Shown: in pieces, positions 26,631 through 32,000 of the stretch
Layout: each line of letters begins with the position of its first letter
Position numbering within the stretch: position 1 is the stretch's first letter
Assembly: GCA_964496765.1 (NCBI GenBank)
Contig: CAZCAP010000003.1
Location: forward strand, 1-32,000
DNA length: 32,000 nucleotides
DNA from: an uncultured archaeon
GTDB taxonomy: Archaea > Iainarchaeota > Iainarchaeia > Iainarchaeales > CSSED10-239
Direction of reading: 5' to 3'
Notes under the pieces: model-generated
Seen by the model: the letters and a program-made list of their open reading frames with translations, nothing else
What the model was told of the DNA's origin: nothing
Databases searched by the model: none
Program-made: the position numbers and the translations under genes

Positions 26631-27563
26631 TTAACTAATTTTTTCTTTGAGAAGTAGTTCTTTCCATTCTCTATCAACGTGTTCTTGTATTTTTTTAATT
26701 TCTGCTTTATTCTTAAGAACTGCATTAAACTTTGTTTGTGTTTTTAGAAATTCTTCAACACTTTTTCTTTTTTCTGGTTTGTAATTTATTTTATATTTTC
26801 CATCTTCATATTCATACAATGGATATGAATTTGTTTCAATTGCAAGTTTGCTAATGGAAATTGTTTCATTAGTTGGTGCTTTCATGTTTGTTGGGCAAGC
26901 AGCAAATGCAATAAGAACACTTGGTCCTTTCTTTTCAAAAGCTTTTTTGACCTTTTCAAACATATCCCCAAGATCTGCTGGATTAATTGTTGCCACATAT
27001 GGTATGTTATGAGCAATTGCTATTTTTGCTAGATCCTTTTGGAATTCTTTTTTGCCATCAACAATTTTCCCTGATGGGGTTGTGGTTGTTGATGCTCCCA
27101 TTGGTGTTGCAGATGACCTTTGATTTCCAGTGTTCATATAACCTTCGTTATCATAACAAATATAAACAAAATTATGCCCTCTCTCTAACGCTCCAGATAA
27201 AGATTGCAATCCAATATCAAATGTTCCACCATCTCCACCAAAGGCCATGAATTTTATATTTTCTTTTATCTTTCCTTTTTTCTTTTGAGCAAGATAAGCT
27301 GTTTCTACTCCTGATATGGTTGCTGCTGCATTAGCAAATAAAGAATGTATCCATGGTGTATTCCAGGAAGTGTATGGATAAATAGTTGTTGTTACTTCTG
27401 CACAGGATGTTGCACTTGCAACAACAACTGGATCATCAGTTGCAGCAAGAGCGGTTCTTAGAATAACAGTAATTGGACAACCAGGACAGGTTCTGTGACC
27501 AGAAACAACCTTTTTCTTTTCATGTATTTTAAAAGCTAATTCTTTTGCATTCATAATTATCAT
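26631..27563 (-). CDS. porB: Pyruvate (2-oxoacid):ferredoxin oxidoreductase beta subunit
   Basis: SGHRTCPGCPITVILR, FGGDGGTFDIGLQSLSGALERGHNFVYICYDNEGYMNTGNQRSSATP (TPP binding), IAFAACPTN. Confidence 0.9.
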   Translation of the reverse strand: MIIMNAKELAFKIHEKKKVVSGHRTCPGCPITVILRTALAATDDPVVVASATSCAEVTTTIYPYTSWNTPWIHSLFANAAATISGVETAYLAQKKKGKIKENIKFMAFGGDGGTFDIGLQSLSGALERGHNFVYICYDNEGYMNTGNQRSSATPMGASTTTTPSGKIVDGKKEFQKDLAKIAIAHNIPYVATINPADLGDMFEKVKKAFEKKGPSVLIAFAACPTNMKAPTNETISISKLAIETNSYPLYEYEDGKYKINYKPEKRKSVEEFLKTQTKFNAVLKNKAEIKKIQEHVDREWKELLLKEKIS

Positions 27564-27567
27564 TCTC

Positions 27568-28722
27568 TTATTTTAATCCAATATATCTATTCTTGGGTGC
27601 TTTATTGTTCATAACATCTACTATTAATTTTTCAATTTCTTTTTCATAAATGTCTCTTCCACCAAGTCCAAACACATAACTATAAACATTTGCATTTATT
27701 TTATTTCTTGCAAGAGCAATCATTACATCCTTATACACAGGAGGGAAAGAACCAGGTCCTTCACTTCTTTCAAGAATAATTATCTTCTTTGCTTTTTTTA
27801 GGCAACTAGCATAATCATCATAGAGGAAAGGTCTATAGAGAATAGGTCTAAGCAATCCAACGTTCTTTTTGTCTTTTCTTAATTTATCAATAACATCCTT
27901 TGTGCTTTCAGCAGTTGATGATAAAACAATAATAATTGTTTCTGAATTACTTGCAAAATAATCTTCATAAATATTAATTTTTTTATTAAATTTTTTTTTA
28001 AATTCAGTTGCTATTTTAATATAATTTTCTCTAACCTTAGAAAAAGCATCAAACATATCCACTCTTATCTCAAAATACGAATCCGGAAGAGCAAGAGAAC
28101 CAATAGAAATTGGTTTCTTTGTATTTAAAAGATTATATGCTGGCTTATATTCTCCAATAAATGATTTAACTTTTTTATTTTCAAATACTTCTACTCCTGT
28201 TACATTATGACTTGTTATAAATCCATCCTGGCAAACCATTATTGGAAGATTAACAGATTCAGCTAGTCTTAAAGAAAACAAAGTCATTTCATAGGCTTCC
28301 TGTGCATTTTCACAATAAACCTGCATCCATCCTTGATCAAGGCAAGACATAGAATCAGAATGATCACAATGAATATTAATTGGAGCAGATATTGCTCTAT
28401 TAACAATTGGCATAAGAATAGGTAATCTAAATCCTGATGTAACACTTAAAACTTCATACATGTAAAGTAATCCCTGAGAAGAGGTTGCAGTAATTGCTCT
28501 TACTCCAGAAGCTTGTGCTCCAACAACAGCAGAAAGAGCAGAGTGCTCTGATTCAACTCTAATTATTTCTGTATCAACTTCTCCATTTGCTTCGTATCTA
28601 GCAAAAGTTTCAATGATGGGGGTTTGAGGAGTAATTGGATACATTGAAACCACATCAGGATTAATTTGTTTTAAAGCATAGGCAACAGCCTCCCCGCCAG
28701 ATAATGCAAATTTTTTATTCAT
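27568..28722 (-). CDS. porA: Pyruvate (2-oxoacid):ferredoxin oxidoreductase alpha subunit
   Basis: SGGEAVAYALKQINPDVVSMYPITPQTPIIE, VESEHSALSAVVGAQASGVRAITATSSQGLLYMYE, HCDHSDSMSCLDQGWMQ. Confidence 0.9.
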   Translation of the reverse strand: MNKKFALSGGEAVAYALKQINPDVVSMYPITPQTPIIETFARYEANGEVDTEIIRVESEHSALSAVVGAQASGVRAITATSSQGLLYMYEVLSVTSGFRLPILMPIVNRAISAPINIHCDHSDSMSCLDQGWMQVYCENAQEAYEMTLFSLRLAESVNLPIMVCQDGFITSHNVTGVEVFENKKVKSFIGEYKPAYNLLNTKKPISIGSLALPDSYFEIRVDMFDAFSKVRENYIKIATEFKKKFNKKINIYEDYFASNSETIIIVLSSTAESTKDVIDKLRKDKKNVGLLRPILYRPFLYDDYASCLKKAKKIIILERSEGPGSFPPVYKDVMIALARNKINANVYSYVFGLGGRDIYEKEIEKLIVDVMNNKAPKNRYIGLK

Positions 28723-29297
28723 AATTTTTCATTTTCTATATTTTCTTTTTTTAAATAATCTTCTTTTTTTAAATATTCAATTAATTCATTGAAGAATGAA
28801 TGGATTTCTGGAATTGATTCTAAATATTTTTCTTTATGATCTCTTAACATTTTTTCTGTCCAGTTCTCTTTTTTCCAATTCTCTTTATAATCCATCATGT
28901 GGAGAACTGACTCTAATTTATCTATCGCTTTTGCAAATTTTGCTTCAATTGTTTTTTCTGCTTCGAATTCTATAAACAAATTATAATACTCATCTTTTAT
29001 TGCATCAGGAAGTTTTGTTTTTAATATCTTTGCTCCTTCTGCTTCAGGAATTTTTCTGTTATCTCTTTCTAATATATGTATATCTCCAGATATTATTTCA
29101 ACCATATCGTGATATGCAAGCAACTTCAAAACTTGTAGCTCATTTATTTCTAATTTTGTCTTCTTTAAAAAATATTCAGCTAATAGAATGCAACTCCACG
29201 AATGTTCTGCAGAACTTTCGTTCCTATTTCCAACTTGAGAAAATCTATTAACTTCTTTTAATTTTAATATAAATCTTATTTTATCCAGTTCTTGCAT
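28719..29297 (-). CDS. HD-domain phosphohydrolase (YfbR/HDDC2-like 5'-deoxynucleotidase)
   Basis: NRNESSAEHSWSCILLAEYF, LLAYHDMVEIISGDI, FAKAIDKLESVLH. 4-nt overlap with porA. Confidence 0.8.
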   Translation of the reverse strand: MQELDKIRFILKLKEVNRFSQVGNRNESSAEHSWSCILLAEYFLKKTKLEINELQVLKLLAYHDMVEIISGDIHILERDNRKIPEAEGAKILKTKLPDAIKDEYYNLFIEFEAEKTIEAKFAKAIDKLESVLHMMDYKENWKKENWTEKMLRDHKEKYLESIPEIHSFFNELIEYLKKEDYLKKENIENEKL

Positions 29298-29300
29298 ATT

Positions 29301-29588
29301 CTATTCCTCAACCATTTTTATGCACTTAACAGGACACACCTGTGCACAAATTCCACAACCCTTACAATAATCTAGATCTGTTTTTGTTCTTTTAATTTGT
29401 CCTTTCTTAACCTCTGCGAGAATACAGTTTTCTGGGCAAGAATTATAGCACATCATGCATTGAATACATTTCTTGGAATCCCATTCTGGTTTCTTGTATC
29501 TCCAGTTCCCTGTTTTATTGTTTATGGATGTTCCTCCAGGAAGAACTCCACCAAGCATGTGCTTATCTATTTTAATATTTTTTTTCAT
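29301..29588 (-). CDS. porD: Pyruvate:ferredoxin oxidoreductase delta subunit (2x4Fe-4S)
   Basis: CIQCMMCYNSCPENC and CKGCGICAQVCPVKC clusters. Confidence 0.9.
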   Translation of the reverse strand: MKKNIKIDKHMLGGVLPGGTSINNKTGNWRYKKPEWDSKKCIQCMMCYNSCPENCILAEVKKGQIKRTKTDLDYCKGCGICAQVCPVKCIKMVEE

Positions 29589-29594
29589 ATGTTA

Positions 29595-30143
29595 TCATTT
29601 CTTGAAATATTTGTGTCCCAATTTAAGGCATTCAATATTTGGTTTAACAAGATGTTCTTTTCCTTTTTTTCTAAATTCATCTTCTATTGTTTTAATAACT
29701 ATACTTAATTTAATATCAAACAATTTGCAAAGAACTCCCAAAAGAACAATGTTAGGATTATTTCCTTTTGTTTTTTCAAGAGCTATTTTTGTTCCTGGAA
29801 TAAAATATGTTTTCTTATTCTTTATTTTTTTCTTTATCTCTGGTTTATCTGTGTTTATAATATAAATTGAGTTATAATCTTTGGTTCCTGCAAGAGTATC
29901 TAAAAGGTTAGCATCAATAACAATAACACAATCTGGATTAGTAATTGGTTCATGAATTCTTATCTTTCCTTTGGATATTCTAACAAACGCCTTAACAGGT
30001 GCCCCCCTTCTTTCTGGCCCATATTCTGGAAAAGCAAGAACATTATATCCTGCAATTAACAAAGATTCTCCTAGAATTTGAGTAAAAGTTTTTGCACCAA
30101 GTCCACCACGACCAAAAATAATTACGTCCAGATTATCTTTCAT
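29595..30143 (-). CDS. porG: Pyruvate:ferredoxin oxidoreductase gamma subunit
   Basis: IIFGRGGLGAKTFTQILGESLLIAGYNVLAFPEYGPERRGAPVKAFVRIS. Confidence 0.92.
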   Translation of the reverse strand: MKDNLDVIIFGRGGLGAKTFTQILGESLLIAGYNVLAFPEYGPERRGAPVKAFVRISKGKIRIHEPITNPDCVIVIDANLLDTLAGTKDYNSIYIINTDKPEIKKKIKNKKTYFIPGTKIALEKTKGNNPNIVLLGVLCKLFDIKLSIVIKTIEDEFRKKGKEHLVKPNIECLKLGHKYFKK

Positions 30144-30206
30144 AAATTATCCCTACATATATAGTATATAGGAATGTAAATAGATGTTTTTTTATAACTA
30201 TTTATT

Positions 30207-30944
30207 TCAAAGATGTTTTTTAATTAAATGAGGACTTCTTCGTGGCCAAGAGTGCCCCCCTTCAACTAAATGTACCTTTGGATTTTTAAGATTACTTTTG
30301 TATTTTTGTAAATAATCATCAGGAAATAGTCTGTCATGTGTGCCCCAAATTATCTTTGTTTTACACCCTACCTTCTGTAAGTCCTTACTTTGGTCAATTC
30401 TATTTAATTTAAAAAATTGTTTCCAAAAATCAATATTTAGTATATTTCTTTCAATATTTTTCTTAATGATTAGCTTTTCTATTTTACTTCTTGGCTCGTG
30501 CTTTGCTATTGATTTTGATTTCGAATATGCATTTTTAAATAATTTTAATAAAATATTTAATTCAGAATAATATTTAATTCCTGCTGGATTAAGCAATATA
30601 AGTTCTTTTATGTTTGTATTTGTTGCAGCATATTTCACAGCAAGAATTGCACCTGCTGAATGTCCTATAATTGTTGGATGGTCTATGTTTTTAATTTTAA
30701 TAAATTCATCTAAAACTGTTGAAATATTTGTTTTGCTTGTTAGTTTGCTTGATAATCCATGTCCTGGTAAATCAAATGCATATACCCTGTAACTCTCAGC
30801 AAGTTCACTAATTAGTTTTTTATATCCTCTTATATCTGTAAATATTCCGTGAACCAGAACCAAGGGAGGGGATTTAATTTTACCTCTTGCAATATAGTTA
30901 ATCTTTTGATTATTAATATATATTTCACTCATATGCTTATTCAA
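30207..30944 (-). CDS. Alpha/beta hydrolase
   Basis: LVHGIFTDIRGYKKLI, VYAFDLPGHG, IIGHSAGAILA nucleophile elbow, IWGTHDRLFP and VEGGHSWPRRSP. Confidence 0.85.
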   Translation of the reverse strand: MNKHMSEIYINNQKINYIARGKIKSPPLVLVHGIFTDIRGYKKLISELAESYRVYAFDLPGHGLSSKLTSKTNISTVLDEFIKIKNIDHPTIIGHSAGAILAVKYAATNTNIKELILLNPAGIKYYSELNILLKLFKNAYSKSKSIAKHEPRSKIEKLIIKKNIERNILNIDFWKQFFKLNRIDQSKDLQKVGCKTKIIWGTHDRLFPDDYLQKYKSNLKNPKVHLVEGGHSWPRRSPHLIKKHL

Positions 30945-31000
30945 CTCTTGATTATATATAAACTAGAAGGATTTATATTACTTTTTCTGTATATATACTT

Positions 31001-32000
31001 ATGGTTCAGCTAAATAAGATATTCAATCCAAAATCAATTGCACTAATTGGAGCATCAGATAAGCCAGAATCTGTTGGAAGAACTTTATCTGAGAACCTAT
31101 CCACCTACACAGGAAACGTGTATCTAATTAATCCTCGTCTTTCTGGGTGTAAACTATTTAGAAGAGATATTTATAAATCTATTTTAGCGCTTCCAGAAGT
31201 AGTTGATCTCTGTATAATTGCAGTTCCAACAAAAGTAATCATTTCTGTGGTTCATGATGTTGTTAAAAGTAAATGTAAAAACATAATTATGGTAACCTCT
31301 GGATTTAATGAGGTTGGAAAAGATAAATTAACAAAAGAACTTATTGATATTATTGAAAAAAACAATATTAATTTAATTGGACCAAATTGTCTAGGATTAT
31401 TAAACCAAGATAATGATTTAAATGCAACCTTTAATTCTAAGCATAAGCTTGTTCTTCCTGCAAAAGGAAACGTTTCAATTATTTCTCAATCAGGAGCACT
31501 TGGTATTGCTTTGCTTGATCTTGCAGGCTATGAAGATCTAAAAATTAATAAGTTTGTTTCCTATGGTAATGCATTAAACATAGATGAATCTGATTTGCTT
31601 GATTTTTTAGAAACTGATAAGGAAACTGATGTTATACTAGCCTACATTGAAGGAATTAAAAACGGAAAAAAGTTCATACAGTCTTTAAATAGAGTTTCAA
31701 GCAAGAAAAAAGTAATAATATTAAAAGGTGGAATTAGTGATATTGGGAATCAGGCAGCAATGAGTCATACTGCAGCAATTGCAGGAACAAAGGAGGTGTT
31801 TGATACAGTTGTTTCTGAATCAGGAGCATACATGGTAAGATCAATCACTGAAATGTTTAATTTAGCTAAGATACTTGCAGCTAATAAAAATAAAACTATT
31901 AAAAATGTACAAGTTATCACAAATGGTGGTGGACTTGGTGTTCTTGTTTCTGATCAACTTGATTTAAACCATATTCCATTGGCTGTGATATCTAAAGAAT
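31001..32000 (+). CDS. Acetate/acyl-CoA ligase (ADP-forming), CoA-binding alpha region (partial, runs off the right edge)
   Basis: ATG at 31001, open to the window end: MVQLNKIFNPKSIALIGASDKPESVGRTLSENL, INLIGPNCLGLLN, VSIISQSGALGIALLDLA, AMSHTAAIAGT. Absent from the supplied ORF track because it is truncated. Confidence 0.9.
   Translation, partial: MVQLNKIFNPKSIALIGASDKPESVGRTLSENLSTYTGNVYLINPRLSGCKLFRRDIYKSILALPEVVDLCIIAVPTKVIISVVHDVVKSKCKNIIMVTSGFNEVGKDKLTKELIDIIEKNNINLIGPNCLGLLNQDNDLNATFNSKHKLVLPAKGNVSIISQSGALGIALLDLAGYEDLKINKFVSYGNALNIDESDLLDFLETDKETDVILAYIEGIKNGKKFIQSLNRVSSKKKVIILKGGISDIGNQAAMSHTAAIAGTKEVFDTVVSESGAYMVRSITEMFNLAKILAANKNKTIKNVQVITNGGGLGVLVSDQLDLNHIPLAVISKE

Overview
This is an AT-rich, very gene-dense archaeal chromosomal window. 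It carries MCM, RPA, aIF2-beta, aIF1A, RIO1, a PNO1-like KH protein, topoisomerase VI A and B, an archaeal-type TrpRS and an S-layer C-terminus. Its style resembles DPANN archaea, but that placement is inference. I see no CRISPR array, transposase or integrase. I found no complete defence island or other multi-gene mobile system. The most unusual items are: (1) one 730-codon ORF that reads as a glutamine-dependent asparagine synthetase fused to a C-terminal diphthine-ammonia ligase (Dph6-like); (2) a secreted coiled-coil protein with repeated Cys-helical-hairpin-Cys units and a sequon-rich segment, translationally coupled to a small single-TM protein; (3) a pyruvate:ferredoxin oxidoreductase operon (porG-porD-HD-porA-porB) with an HD phosphohydrolase inserted, next to a divergent ADP-forming acyl-CoA synthetase; (4) an uncharacterised two-gene unit whose larger member looks like the TraB/TIKI/ChaN/EreA superfamily; (5) a lone Bro-N gene between rpa and mcm, preceded by a spacer with GC-rich blocks; (6) a perfect 28-bp palindrome upstream of the topoisomerase VI genes. 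One tRNA-Gln(CTG) folds cleanly.
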